A stretch of DNA of 62,918 bases, the filler included, from Octopus bimaculoides (Eukaryota), in the NCBI RefSeq assembly GCF_001194135.2. It is 6 parts of 6 records of this genome, joined end to end, with 100 filler letters (N's around TTAATTAATTAA, not from the genome) between each part and the next. Parts side by side here need not be neighbours in the genome. Positions count along the whole stretch, not along the records: positions 1 to 24,409 come from NC_068997.1; positions 24,510 to 44,413 come from NC_068991.1; 4 more parts are not named here. One strand, written 5' to 3'. The translations under genes were made by a program, and so were the position numbers. Below, piece after piece: positions 12,216 through 26,162 of the stretch (positions are counted from its first letter, which is position 1; every line of letters starts with the position of its first letter). Under the pieces are notes generated by a model that saw only the letters and a program-made list of their open reading frames with translations, did not search any database and had not been told where the DNA came from.

Positions 12216-13999
12216 CATACACACACACACCACACACATATACACACTTATATTATGGCAGACCCACTGAATTTAAACAGTTGATGTAGTCATTTCATGA
12301 ATGTCAGATTTGCTCCAGTCGTCTATCACTGTTGCCTGATCATGTACATGAAATAAATATTTTCAATGGGCGAATATTTTACTGCAGAAACAGTGGCTTG
12401 TATTACTGCTCAAAATATATTAACATGTTTATGTCAGACCATTTTGTTAGTGTCTTAATATTGTTCTCATTTTTGTCATCAAGTCCACTCTTCTATATTT
12501 TGGGCTCTATTTATAGGCTGTTGTTTGTTGCTGTTTCACTCATGCACAACTCTTCATCTAGGACTGCTCGAATCGATGTATTCTTTCTGTTATTAAAATG
12601 GTAGTATGCAAATGGGGGGGGGGGGGAATGCAGTTGCCATTTTAGCAGGTCAAGTAAACCTTTAGATGACTTATAAGTAACTGATTCTAACATAAATGAA
12701 CACTTAAAGCCTTGTAAAGTCTTAGTTGTGACACAATCTTGAGAAAGTTAGTGACAAGCGATCTTGAGAAATGGCAGAAAATGATGAGAAAGATAGGTGG
12801 AGGGGTTAATAAGGAGGGGGAACAAATGTACACACGCAGGAATACATACACACACTCGCACACATACACACACACACACATAAACATACATGCAAACAAT
12901 AAACATATACATACACACACTCGCACATACAGATATACATTATCTATATGGAATTGATCTCTAGAAGTCTGATTCATTCGTATCGAAATATACTCCCGAC
13001 TTTTGTCGTTTCTCATTTGTACTTTATATATTAACTCCAGCTGGGTATGGATTAGTGGAAATAGGTCGCATGCTTAATAGTTTTGCTCGCAATCATAAAT
13101 CTCTGCTGAGCATCGCATTAGGCAAATGTAATCAGATGGATTCAAGTGTTGCTAGTAAAATTGAACTAGCTTTACTTACTCCTCGAAGAACTAGTTTTAA
13201 TTTTCACACTCGAGTCACGCTGCTTGAGACTTAGAACTATATTAAGGATACATTTATGTATGGAAAAAATAGTTACTCTAAGGGTAGATAGCCTAGTTAA
13301 TCGATTAACTTGCATACTCATCGTTGAAACTGACGAAGGATCCATTTACTATGGTAAGACAAATCTCCCGTTATTTATTTGTCAACTCTAGGTCAGCTTT
13401 GTTTGGACAAATATATTACAAGTAGATAGGAGTGGTGGGGTAACTATACATGATTCACAGATCCGTTATATACTAACTTTTTGAGTTCAGATAAACATTA
13501 AAAACGCATAAACATATCATAGCCCTAAATAATAATATGTGCAGAAAAGCAATTGTCGCACTTTGACGGATCAATCTCACTTCAGTTTGGTTATTTACTC
13601 TTGGGTTGTATGAACAATGAATAGCTACATTTTATTCATTAGAAAAAAAAAAAACCTCTGGTCATGGCTATGTTTATATACATTTAAATTGTTCTTTTAT
13701 AATTACTCGAGCCTAAATCATAAAATAAAAATGCAGCTGCAATAACATTCAAATGAAGTCTTAAATTCTTTATTAAAGTTTCAATGTATAATGAATCTTT
13801 TGCATTTTCATTTTGCCCAAAGTATCAAGTAATGTCATCATTATTCACAAATGTATTTTATTTTGTTAATGTCTTGAAATAAAAACCATTTCACTGTATA
13901 TTGGTCAGTAAGGAAAGCAATTATATATACGTTAAAACATACGCATACAAGTACGCTCACATACAACACGCTACAAATAATATAAACATATATAGAATG

Positions 14000-14037
<38 letters not shown>

Positions 14038-14203
14038 GATATCTTTTAGTTTGTACCGGTTTCAGTCACTAAACTGCAGTCATATTGATGTACTACATTC
14101 AGAATTTTTAGTCGAATGAATCTACCTCAATTAGAAAAATACTATTCTTAAATCTCACAGCCAGAGATATTCAGCAACAGAACTTTGTAGTAAAGTGTAT
14201 GAA

Positions 14204-14436
14204 GGCGGAGAGCTGGCAGAATTGTTAGCACGCCGGTCGAAATGCTTAGCGGTATTTCGTCTGTCTTTACGTTCTGAGTTCAAATTCCGCCGAGTTCGAC
14301 TTTGTCTTTCATCCTTTCGGGGTCGATAAATTAAGTACCAGTTACGCACTGGGGTCGATGTAATCGACTTAATCCCTTTGTCTGTCCTTGTTTGTCTCTT
14401 CTATGTTTAGCCCCTTGTAGGCAATAAAGAAATAAG
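14204..14436 (+). mobile_element. tRNA-derived SINE family A (GGCGAGCTGGCAGAA...GAGTTCAAATTCCGCCGAGG), representative copy
   Basis: A/B-box-like motifs. Homologous copies at about 26687-26898(+), 35904-36108(+), 42643-42857(+), 51293-51489(-), 25430-25580(-) and 15170-15345(+). Confidence 0.8.
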
Positions 14437-14938
14437 AACTTTGTAGAAAAGATTGTTTGTCAACATAACATGGCAGTCCTAAAACAGAATCTACTTCGGT
14501 ACTTATTTTTTTTAAAGCTTGGTGCTTATTCTATGGAACTTTGTTGCCAATTCGCTAAGTTGCGGAGATGTAAACGCACCAACACCGGTCGTCAAACGTT
14601 GGTTAGTTAGTGCGGGAACAAATATAGGCACAATATCATACACACGAAAGTATATATATATATATTACGTACGAGGGGCTTCTTCCAGTTTCCGTCTACC
14701 GAATCTACTCATACAGCTTTGGTTGGCCCGAGACTACAGTAGCAGACGCTTGCTCAAACTGCCAAGCAGTGGGACTGAATCCAGAAGCATATGGTTGGGA
14801 AGCAAACTCCTTACCAAACAGCCACGCCTGCGCCTACATAGGTATAATATATATAAAACTATATGTGTATAAATCACACACACACACGCACACACACATA
14901 CTTGCACATGCATGCCTATGTATATACACACATATATG

Positions 14939-14981
<43 letters not shown>

Positions 14982-16182
14982 ATGTGTGTGCTAAGTGACG
15001 GTGAACATGACAGAGAACAAAGCGAAAAGTGCAATTTATTAGCTTAGCATTATAAAAGTTTCACTGAGCTTTTGAAGCCCAAGTTAGAAGGAAAAGTGTG
15101 GAGAAAAAATAACACACTGAGGCAATGGGGAATGTTGTTTTACTCGGTGGAGCTACATTTCATACTATTACCATACAAGAGCTGGTTTAGTCTGTTGTGA
15201 TTTGGATAAAATTCTTAGCAACATATCCTCCGGTTTTCTTCGTTCTCAGCTCATGTCATCGAGGTCGACTTTGCTTTTCATTCTTTTAGTGTCGATAAAA
15301 TAATTACAGCCCTAAAATTGCTGGCCTTGAGTCAAAATCTGAAACCAGTATTGCTGCACGGAACTTGATGGCTATTTCACTGATTGCTAGTACATTATGT
15401 TACAACGATGTTATTATATATGATAATCACTTTTGTTAATAAATGGTTTTATTCAATGTACGAACTCCAGATTGGTTTTCTAATACCATAGATTACTCAA
15501 AGAACGCTATAGAATACCGGCAACTCAGAAGAAATGGAATATGCAGATACATTTCAATTTTCAATGGAATCTATTTCACACCATATATTTCGCTATTATA
15601 CATCAAATATTCCTATATTTTTTCTATATATTTGAGCCCTTTTTTGGTTCGACTTCGATTTTATTCGGGCAATTTTTACATCAAATCTATCAATTATGTC
15701 TTTAATGTCAACACTTTCAATGCCTAACTTTCGCTACAATTCTTTTCTAGACCTTCCTTTTTTTCTGTTTTAAAAATCCATTTCTTTTTCGTCACCATTT
15801 CAGATATGTATCTTTTCATTATTTATTATTATATTCATTTTTCATACTTTTCATATCCTATTTTTTTTTTACTTAATTTTTATTTTATTTTCCCTTCTCG
15901 CTTGTTCTTTCTTTCTTTCTTTTTGTGAGATGGTGGGAAATGCTGTTATCGTGTAATAAACTATACCTAAACACAGCAATTATAAATTATAAACTGGATG
16001 CGAAACATAGAGAACTCTTATTTCAGATGATAAACACTCACAGATACAAATTCACTTGAGATTTAAAGACAAGCGAACAGTTTATAACAAACGAACAGAA
16101 GTAAAAATTGAAGTAAAAATGGTATATTTAAAACGAGCAAAAATTCCTAATTTTACCTATATTCCATGTTTTAATAACTCAA

Positions 16183-16220
<38 letters not shown>

Positions 16221-16992
16221 TACTGATCTTGCACAATCAGTAAATTTCTCTTCCTATGTATTTTTACTAGCTTTTACATCAATGTAATCTATTTCGTCTG
16301 TAATCTTGAAATATTTTTATTTCTCTTAGATTCCTCTCAGCTTTACACTTTTGTCTCTCCTTTTATTTATGTTTTGTACATTTATCTACAGCTTTACCCG
16401 ACTTCGTTTTTTTTTCTTTCATTCCAGCGAAGTTTATGTCCATATAAAGGGGCAGCAACATTAGTTGAAAAGTGAAGTTGACATCAACTATAAGTTATAA
16501 GCGAGGGAAAGAAATAATATAAAATAGACCCTTTACATAAATTTTTATCAAAGATAACATGTAAAAAGCCCACAAAAATGTTTCCACAAAATTAGAAAAG
16601 GAAAAGCAAAAAAGATGACCCATTGGTTAATTATTATTGAAAATAGATGCAGAAGTGTTTCTCGCTATTAAGAAGGTTGGAAAAGACTGAAAAATATTAA
16701 GAAAGAAGAGTAAAAAAATAAATGAAAAAAAAAATCAATATTTTGGATTCAATAAGCAGTTTGAAAAAATAACTGACAGTCAAATAAATAACCATACATC
16801 ATTTTGCAGAGACACAGACGTACGCATAGTATTTGAATCACGCTCGCATGCACACTCTCAAACACATACAGAAGTAGTAACACATAATCACTAGTACACA
16901 CACACACACAAACACACACAAACACATCTACATCTATACGTCTACGTATGCATGTTTGTATGTATGTATCTCTCTATCTACATACACACATA

Positions 16993-17056
<64 letters not shown>

Positions 17057-18229
17057 NNNNNNNNNNNNNNNNNNNNNNNNNNNNNNNNNNNNNNNNNNNN
17101 NNNNNNNNNNNNNNNNNNNNNNNNNNNNNNNNNNNNNNNNNNNNNNNNNNNNNNNNNNNNNNNNNNNNNNNNNNNNNNNNNNNNNNNNNNNNNNNNNNNN
17201 NNNNNNNNNNNNNNNNNNNNNNNNNNNNNNNNNNNNNNNNNNNNNNNNNNNNNNNNNNNNNNNNNNNNNNNNNNNNNNNNNNNNNNNNNNNNNNNNNNNN
17301 NNNNNNNNNNNNNNNNNNNNNNNNNNNNNNNNNNNNNNNNNNNNNNNNNNNNNNNNNNNNNNNNNNNNNNNNNNNNNNNNNNNNNNNNNNNNNNNNNNNN
17401 NNNNNNNNNNNNNNNNNNNNNNNNNNNNNNNNNNNNNNNNNNNNNNNNNNNNNNNNNNNNNNNNNNNNNNNNNNNNNNNNNNNNNNNNNNNNNNNNNNNN
17501 NNNNNNNNNNNNNNNNNNNNNNNNNNNNNNNNNNNNNNNNNNNNNNNNNNNNNNNNNNNNNNNNNNNNNNNNNNNNNNNNNNNNNNNNNNNNNNNNNNNN
17601 NNNNNNNNNNNNNNNNNNNNNNNNNNNNNNNNNNNNNNNNNNNNNNNNNNNNNNNNNNNNNNNNNNNNNNNNNNNNNNNNNNNNNNNNNNNNNNNNNNNN
17701 NNNNNNNNNNNNNNNNNNNNNNNNNNNNNNNNNNNNNNNNNNNNNNNNNNNNNNNNNNNNNNNNNNNNNNNNNNNNNNNNNNNNNNNNNNNNNNNNNNNN
17801 NNNNNNNNNNNNNNNNNNNNNNNNNNNNNNNNNNNNNNNNNNNNNNNNNNNNNNNNNNNNNNNNNNNNNNNNNNNNNNNNNNNNNNNNNNNNNNNNNNNN
17901 NNNNNNNNNNNNNNNNNNNNNNNNNNNNNNNNNNNNNNNNNNNNNNNNNNNNNNNNNNNNGATGGAGGTGTGGGTGCGCGCGCGCGTGTGTATGTGTGTG
18001 TATGCTTGTGTGTGTGTGTGTGCGCGTGCGATAACCGATCTGGTGCAAAATGGCAAATTAAAAAAAAAAAAACACCGTAAAACATAGTTAGTGAAAGATT
18101 GAATAAACTGAAAAGACGGGGAATAATGACTTAAGACATGGTTCCTATCTCGTCAGATAAATGGCGTTGTCAATGATGATAATGATGGTGGTGATAACAA
18201 TAAGTGAAATGCTGGTGGTTGTGATGATG

Positions 18230-18262
<33 letters not shown>

Positions 18263-19719
18263 GTGATGATGGTAAAACAACGGTGATGTCGTCTGTATTA
18301 ATGTAGTTATCGATATAATGATCTTCGTTGTTATTGTTGTTTTAACCCTACATCAAGCCTGGACAAGCAGACTTATGCTTGAAGACATTCCATTCGTGTA
18401 CATTAAAGTATTTTTTTTTCTTAGACACAAGACACATTATCAAAGCCATCCTTTTTTAAAGACGGTAAGAATATGATTTGAGGGAGATCTGGTGAACATT
18501 TCTTGCAGATCATTCAGGAAATCGCGCAGATTCTGTCTCCCTCGTAACCCCAATTGTAACTGTTGTTACTGAATACTGAGGTCTTGTTGCTTTGTATGTG
18601 TTTTGTATGTAATGAAATTGCTGATTTACTTCCCCTGTCACCAATACTTTGTTTCACTACGATATTTTCTGTTTACATCATTTGAGAAACGACTTCTCTG
18701 CAAATTTGAAATGAAACTAATTTCTACTTTAATGGAATAACAGTTCCATGGTGAGAGAAAACTATGGGGGTCAGGTTATTTTCACGAACCATATTTTGTC
18801 GGAGAACGCATTTACAGAACTAAAGAAGCAAGAATTAGAATTTCCGTGGAATAGTAAATATTTAAGGGATCCTTCACTTGGCAAAATTAATATAACTTTT
18901 ACCACTAAATAATTGAATAGTTTACTTATGTGTCATAGTCACAGAATTATGTAAAATACGATCCTGTGGATCATGCGTTTGTTTGCTTGGATTTGGGTAG
19001 AAATTCTTTAGTAAGCTGCTTACCATCAATTCCTTTGTGAAATATGAGGATTTTAGTTCGTATTCTTGTATGTTGACCTTAAGAATTAAGTAAACATACG
19101 AGAATACTTTCTCGCGACCAATTCTACATCTTCTAGGTAATCCAGCTGTTAGTTCATTGAAAGGACCATTTTCTAAGAAACTTTCTAGAAAATTCCACGG
19201 AGATTACAATTTTGAGAAAAATTATTTTCAAAATTTCAGTTTAAAGAAAACAATTCCCACCCTCCCGGCTTTCACAATAATAACCTCACTCCCATGACAC
19301 CCGACTATTCATTTCTTCATGCGTGGATGCAGGTCGAGAGTGGTGTCAATATGGTTGCTTAGCATGTTTGAAATAACCAAAATTCACTTTTTATATCATC
19401 CTCTACTCTGGTTTTCGAAATAAATACAGAAATATGGAATACATCAGTCCTTCCATCCTCCACCCAGCCATACAGTGATATTAGATGCTTCATCCCACGC
19501 CATCTTTTATTTATGAGGAAGTAAGAATTTTCATCCATATAATGAAAATTACTGAAATTTATTTTTACAAAAAAGCATTAAATGAAAATTTAATAATATT
19601 TTAAGGATTGTGAACAAAAAGTATTCACTGTCGTTTTCAAAATGGAGAGCTGGAATTTTTAACTAAGCACATTTACTTGAAGTAAAGATCTACCAGAATC
19701 TTTAGTCTTTCTTTTTAGA

Positions 19720-20720
19720 TGTGGAAAGATTCCGGTCACCCACCAAGTGACTAAAGGTGAACTGACTCATTGTTATAAATTAAAGAACTGAGAGCGATTG
19801 GCAGTTCGTGTTGGTAGCATATCACTCTGAGTCTTTGATGTAGAGCGCTGAGTGTTTTGTAATAGTAATAGTAGTGCGTCCTGTATATACTTTTCTCTCC
19901 CTTGCTTCGTTATATTATATATCCAATACGAGGATATGAAAGTGGCGACAAGTTGTTCGAAGTTTGCGTTGGTCGTTTAAATTTTTTTGGAACGAAACCA
20001 AAGAAAAAATCGTTTTACCATGGAAAACTTATTGGCTTCCGTGGTGCAGTTAGAACAGCAACTACAGCAGTAGCAACAGCAGTTACAACAGCAACCACAG
20101 TAGCAGCAGCAACAGCTACAAATTCAATTGAAGAATTCAACTATAATCCAGGAGAAGGGATTACCTTCTAAGCATATTTTCGCAGATACGAAGAAATCTT
20201 CAAAGAGTGTAACAGTTGGCCTGATGAGTAAAAGTACAATTGCTTTTTTAAGAAAGTTATCCCCTGCCGAACACGAAAAATATAGTAATTACATTGTCGA
20301 AGAAGCTAGGTGAGATTTGTTTCCATGAAGCAATTAATATTTTATCGAAAATCAGTGAAAAAAATTCCCTGTTCAATATTCGCTGGCAATGTTTAAATTT
20401 GTACAAAAAAGATGATGAACATCTTGTCACCTATGCCGGAGTGGTTAACAGAGAGTGTGAGAAATTCAAATTGAATGAGTTGACCCCGGACATGTTCAAG
20501 TCTTTAATTTTTATTCAAAGGCTTACTGCAAGCAACAATGCAAATATACGTTCATGGATAAAATAGTCACGAGAAAGGAAATCCCTATGGAAGTTTTACG
20601 ACACGTTTGAGGTATCAAGACCGAAACAATTTGAAACTACATGTTCTAGCATCAGAAAATGGAAAAGAATGGAAACACTGGAATTGAGCCCTAAACGTAA
20701 GAGATATCAATACAGGAAGC
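19720..20720 (+). mobile_element. Ty3/gypsy LTR-retrotransposon 5' remnant (possible LTR/PBS plus decayed gag)
   Basis: PBS-like TGGCGAC at 19943-19949. From ATG 20020: Q-rich coil, then IEEFNYNPGEGITF*AYFRRYEEIF..W.DE*KV.LLRKL..EHEKYSNYI..SLFNIRWQCLNL..YAGVVNRECEKFKL..FKSLIF. LTR boundary tentative. Confidence 0.75.
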
Positions 20721-20759
20721 GGAGTTCAATTCTCAAAAGGAAAGAAGATAGGGGAGACT

Positions 20760-21450
20760 GATTCTAAAAAGAGGAGATGTTGTGGAACCCCGTTGTTATT
20801 ATTATTTAAAGAATGGTTAGTGTTAACAAAATTAATGTTAGGTGGATTTGTATTTAACAACTTATTATTATGCGATGAGATGATTTGTGAAAGATATTTT
20901 GTGTTAAAAAATCTATCCTAATTCGATGTGAGTTAATAATCGAATAGTATCTTGAATTTCTTGGGAAATTCTTTTCTGTAGCTTCACGAAACTGGTAAGG
21001 GAGGTTGGATTTCATCTGGTTACCACATGGAGTTATTAACCAAACAGTTTTGCTATGACATTCCTTGTTATTAGGGTAATTATCTTTAAGAGTCCTCGAT
21101 GTACCTTTATAATGAAAAAAGGGTCTTAAATAACGGTTATCTTCCTTACGCTGCAGAAATTCATTACTCGATTTGGTGTTGTTATTCGTAATAAAATTAA
21201 AATTGTTAATATCCTTACAACTTAATTTCATGTCCTGATTAATAGAGGTAGAATTAATGTCAATAGGGTTAATATAGGTAATTTTTTTCTTTATAACCGG
21301 CTTTAAGTAAGGCAGAGTTATAAAATTCAGCTTTCTCGTTGAAGATGTCAACGTTAGCAGATAATCCAGAAAGACTAAATGAAATATTCCTAACAAAATG
21401 CTTTGTAATAGCCCTTTAATTTCACGCATACGCATTGTTCGTTTTTGATT
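20760..21450 (-). mobile_element. PLE fragment (RT thumb to pre-endonuclease linker), same broad family as 6540-7800
   Basis: A frame-shifted reading gives ISFSLSGLSANVDIFNEKAEFYNSALLKAGYKEKITY. ORF 20854-21435 gives KTVWLITP...KNFPRNSRYYSIINSH, followed by HNNKLL. Confidence 0.75.
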
Positions 21451-21451
21451 T

Positions 21452-22226
21452 TGTTGACTACACAGTATAGTAGAGTCAGTTGGTAACCGTCTGTGTGAAA
21501 AACATCATCATGACGCAATTCACTCTGCTAGAAATTTGCAAATAACATGTTGTACTGCTTGTTATTCGCGCCGGAAGCTCTAATACGAACATTTCAGAGG
21601 ACAGTGCAATCTGAGGACATGTACCGAGGGTGATAAAGCTCAAACATCCAGTCAACGTCATGGTGTTTGGAGTGATCACTAGTGATGGCGACGTTATCCA
21701 TTCGTCTTCCCACACGGCCTCACGCTCAAATGCCTGGAGGAGGCAGTGTCACCTTGGGTCAAGGGGGGGGGCTGCTGGAAGACCCTGTGTCTGCCAATAG
21801 GACTCTACAGCATGCCACACAAGCAAGAGAACCCAGTCATGGCTGTCAGACAATATCTGTGGCCACATCACGCCTAACATCTGGCCACTTAACTCCGCAG
21901 ACTGCAACCCCCTTGATTATTATGTGTGGAGCGCAGTTGAGCGAGAGACCAACAAAACCTCTTGTAACACAAAAGATGAACTGAAAGCAAGGTTTACGGC
22001 ATCATTCACCAACTTAAACAAGGAGACTGTCCAAAAGAGTTGCAAGAGATTCCGGAGTCGTCTGAAGGCTGTAGTTGAAGTTTATGGCGATTTTAATTGA
22101 ATGAATTTACTCTTTAGTATTTCAAGATATTTTAAAGCAATTTTGATAAATATATCCGTTAAAATGAGATGTCAGTGTTATTTTGAGTTCTGCGTTATTC
22201 AGACGACAATATATTGACACCCTATA
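21452..22226 (+). mobile_element. Tc1/mariner maT-type (DD37D) transposon, internally deleted
   Basis: KHPVNVMVFGVITSDG; Q*DSTACHTSKRTQSWL...WPLNSADCNPLDYYVW with 37 residues between the last two Asp; RFRSRLKAVVE..GDF*. Right end GACACCCTATA resembles a Tc1/mariner TIR. Confidence 0.85.
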
Positions 22227-22413
22227 CAATTGTACATTGGGTAAATGTGTTGTGGCTTCTTTGGCATGCTTGTTCCCAAACAATACTTAGTGCTGTTGAC
22301 ACCGCCAGATTGAATGGTACTGCCCAGGTGTCGAAACCATAATGATATCCATGGGGCAGCTGAGTATTATAGCACATCCTCTTGATATATAATTTTTAAA
22401 TAAAATATAAGTA

Positions 22414-22966
22414 TAAGGATAAAATCTATATAAGATTTATCAAGTAGCCAGCGTGGAAAACCAATTGAGGAAAAATGAATACAGAATATATGATTTTTTT
22501 TACTTAGATATAAAATACATTATTATATCAAGAGCTACTACTATAAGTAACGCTTCACACTGGGATTCTAGATATGTGTGAACATTTGTATATGCTCTGT
22601 TGGATGAATTGTTGTTCGCTTGGGGTGTAGAGATGTTTATATTTATATTTTCTGGTTATGTTGTACCGATGATTGGAGAGCATATTATACATGTTGACCA
22701 TGAAATTATTAATGGTATACAATTAACCCCCTTTTTTTTTAAATGAACTTCTATGTTCATTTCTCCGATTTCGGTGCCTGTGCATATTTATTGAAGTTGT
22801 TTGACTTTAGAGTCCCGATACAGCGTGAGGCGTTACTTATAGTAATAACCCTTGATATAATGTATTTTATACTTAAGGAAAAAATATATATGCTTTGTAT
22901 TAATTTTTTCCTCAATTGGTTTACCACGCTGGCTACTTGATAAATCTTATATAGATTTTATCCTTA
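22414..22966. repeat. Foldback / MITE-like element: about 155-bp inverted arms (22414-22568, 22810-22966) around a spacer of about 240 bp
   Basis: TAAGGATAAAATCTATATAAGATTTATCAAGTAGCCAGCGTGG..CCAATTGAGGAAAAA is present in both orientations. Confidence 0.85.
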
Positions 22967-22999
22967 CATTATATATATATATAATATATTACGTTTCCA

Positions 23000-23500
23000 T
23001 CCGATTCCCTAAATCGTGTATGGTCTTTTTAATGTAAGCATTGACAATAGAGTAAATGTTACCCTTTGCATTAAATTCTATGAGAAATTCACGTATCGGT
23101 CGCCCTGAGATAATTGCACTTAGAAGGCATCTCATAAGGTGACTACGATATTTAGACTTAAAGGAGCATAGTGGTTATTGTCTTAGGTTTGGATTAAAGC
23201 TCTGCAGTCAGGCAGGAGAAATACCAAAAAACCTTGTCACCAGGAATTTTACTTCAGAACTAGTGGAAAATTTGTCTAAAAGAAGCATTACTATACATTT
23301 GTGATTCCGGTCTATTGATGCACAATGAGCTCTTACTGGGGAAACAAAAAATTCGAAACCATTCCAATGAGATGTTAGTTATTATCCAATCCCTTTTCTC
23401 TGAAAGTGTTGCGATGTATACTTTTATCAACAGCTAACAACTTACAACAACGCATTCCTGTGTCTGTGGAGCATCACTGTAACACGAACTTTTGATGCTT
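23000..23500 (-). mobile_element. Very decayed pogo/Tigger-type DDE transposase fragment
   Basis: rc frames: KVRVTVML; DWIITNISLEWFRIFCFP; KCIVMLLLDKF..LVFLLPDCRALIQT*D, resembling AWMT..F.EWF..P / LLLDN / FLPPN.T.LIQP.D. Confidence 0.5.
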
Positions 23501-24409
23501 TCTAGCCTGTTGGGGATTCGGTTTCCTCAGTCGTTAGTGATCTTGGTAAACATCTCCGAAACAATGTTGGCTCAAGGTAAGAGAGAAGTATAGAATAAAA
23601 GCATAAAAGGACACTAGAAAATAAAAATGTGGTTGAAGCAAAAAATGGGTGATAGGATTAGGGACCAGATGGGAAGTGGTTTTATGAGAGAATTAAGAAG
23701 AGGTGTGTACGAAATGAGAGAGCATGTACAGGAGTACAGATCTGTGTGTACGCGGCGAGGTGTGTGTATGTGTTTTATCATGGGGGTGTGCATATGCGAG
23801 TGTGAAAGTGTAGTGACGTGGCGGTAGTGCCAGCGTGGGTAGTTAATGTGTTTGTGGAATCGTATTGTGGGTAAGTAAAGGGTAGAAAGGAGGAGGTGGC
23901 AGCGGGTGCGAATGTGAGGTGAAGGAGAAGGTAAGACGAAGGAAAACGGTGTGGAAAAAGTGTTAACGTGTGGATGTAAGACGCAGTTGGTAGAGAAGTG
24001 AGAGAGGAAAGGAATAAAAAGGGAGAGAAAAGGATTAGGGTAATTGATAGAGCTGCGTGCACGTGTCGGAATGTAAAGCGTATAGCAGTGAAGTGGAAGG
24101 GAGAAAAAGAAAAAGAAAAAGCAATTTTAAAAAACAGTGAAAAAAAAAAAAAAATTGTTATAATGAAAACAGGCGGGAATGAAAAAAAGGAACAACAGAG
24201 AAAAGGTGCGAGAAAAGGGGCGGCGGAGAAAATCAAGGGAAAATGGCGAAAAATATTTTACAAAAAACATAAATGAAGAAATACACAAGAATCTTGCAGG
24301 TTCAGTCCCAATACGTGGCACCATAGGCAAGTGTCTTCTACTATAGCATTGTAAATGGATTAGGTAGAATGAAACTGACAGAAGCCCGCAGTATGTATAC
24401 ATATACACA

Positions 24410-24509
24410 NNNNNNNNNNNNNNNNNNNNNNNNNNNNNNNNNNNNNNNNNNNNTTAATTAATTAANNNNNNNNNNNNNNNNNNNNNNNNNNNNNNNNNNN
24501 NNNNNNNNN
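24410..24509. other. Artificial 100-bp scaffold spacer (44 N + TTAATTAATTAA + 44 N)
   Basis: 12-mer at 24454-24465. An identical structure occurs five times. Confidence 0.95.
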
Positions 24510-24770
24510 CACCTCAGCCCAGGTCTTCCTGGGCCTACCTCTTCCACGGGTTCCCTCAACTGTTAGGGTGTGGCACTTTTTCACGCAGCTATCCTCCTCC
24601 ATTCTCACCACATGTCCATACCAGCGCAATCGTCTCTCTTGCACGCCACAACTGATGCTTCTAATGTTCAGCTTTTCTCTCAAGATACTTACACTCTGAC
24701 GGGTATTCACATTGACATTACACATCCAACGGAGCATACTGGCTTCATTCCTTGCGAGCTTACGTATGTC
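24510..24770 (-). mobile_element. RTE-clade LINE C-terminal fragment
   Basis: RNEASMLRWMC..LREKL..RRLRWYGHVVRMEEDSCVKKC..VEGTRGRGRPRKTW. Confidence 0.85.
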
Positions 24771-25622
24771 AGTTTTGATATTTCATCTTCAATAAGACTG
24801 TCGATTGCTTCATATTTGGTTTTATAACGGGATTGTTTAGACAGGGTGATAGAAAATATATATATATGTATGTATGTATGTATGTATGCATGCATTCATA
24901 CATACATATTCACTCACACACAAAAAACACACACACACAAATGTAGTCATATATGTATGTGTGTGTATATGTGTATGTTTGTATATATTCCAATGCATTT
25001 ATAAATTGAAGGAAGAGGAAAACAGAATCAAGGCAGGACAAGCTTATCAATTATTATAATGGTGAATCAAAGTAAGCAAAATTAAATGATAATGTCTTAT
25101 ATATAATTATATCTTTTTATGTATATGTATGCATGTGTATAAATATATATACCATGATCATCATCTGTTAATGTCCGTCTTCCATCCTGGCATGGATTGG
25201 ACAGTTTGACAGGATCCAGTGTATGTGATGATTGCATCATATTCCCAAGAGTGTGAGCTGAGATGCAGATATAGTGCAGAGGGAGAATAAGAGATCTATG
25301 GTGGTAGAGAGCAATATATAATTCGGTAGTACAGATAGATGACTGATGTAAAATGTGAGTTGAGATGGATAATATTGATTTCAAATGTTGGCACAAAGCC
25401 AGCAATTTCAAGGGACGGATTTAGTCCTTTACATTGACCAACTGATAAATATTTTATTTTTATTGGCCCCAAAAGGATGAAGGCATAGTTGACCTTGGCA
25501 GAATTTGAACTCAGAATGTAAAGATGAATGAAGTGCTGCTAAACATTTTTGGCAATGGGCTAATGATTCTACCAGCTTACCAACTTAAGGAGAAGGGCAA
25601 TATTAAGAATGAAAGATGGATG

Positions 25623-25955
25623 CAGTTCTATATTTAAGAGATGAAGAATTATGTACATTATTTACATTAGACGGATATTTGTCCTCATCTTGTTTGTTGT
25701 TAGCCACACTGTTTTGGCTGATATACCCTCCAGCCTTCATCAAGTGCCTTGGAGAAATTTCAAACCTGGGTTCTCATTCCTAAGGTATTTTTTGATATTA
25801 TTATTATTATTCAGGTGACTGCTTGGAATTGAACTTGGAATCTTGGCGTTAGTAGCCCTCGCTCTTAACCACTACGTCATGTGCCTGTGGGCAATTATGG
25901 AGTGAATTTTAGTGCCTATAAATCTAATATTTTCCTATCCTTCCTTAATACCTCC
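25623..25955 (-). mobile_element. tRNA-head / hammerhead-like repeat, copy 2
   Basis: Near-collinear with 6200-6490. The motif reads UUGAUGA-A-GGCUG...CAGCC-AAAAC (core mutated). Confidence 0.8.
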
Positions 25956-26162
25956 CCCTGTAGGATGAAGTTAGAATAATAGACAGAGAACACCACTGGA
26001 AAATATGAAGACTAAAAGAAGCAGCACATATGTTAGGATACAACAACCTCCTAAGCAGACTGAGTGCAGATATGAACAGCATATGAGAACCGGTATTAAG
26101 GAAGGATAGGAAAATATTAGATTTATAAGCCCTAANNNNNNNNNNTGAACAGCATATGAGAA

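Noticed and set aside
12300-12700. Short ORFs in unique-looking sequence on both strands
   Set aside because: No recognisable domain or convincing splice signals.
15443-15760. Protein-like minus-strand stretch (EL*RKLGIESVDIKDIIDRF..)
   Set aside because: Multiple stops and no diagnostic motif; cannot be assigned.
18960-19200. About 75-codon stop-free minus-strand frame (SPWNFLESFLENGPF..)
   Set aside because: No start, no recognisable homology, and only weak splice candidates.
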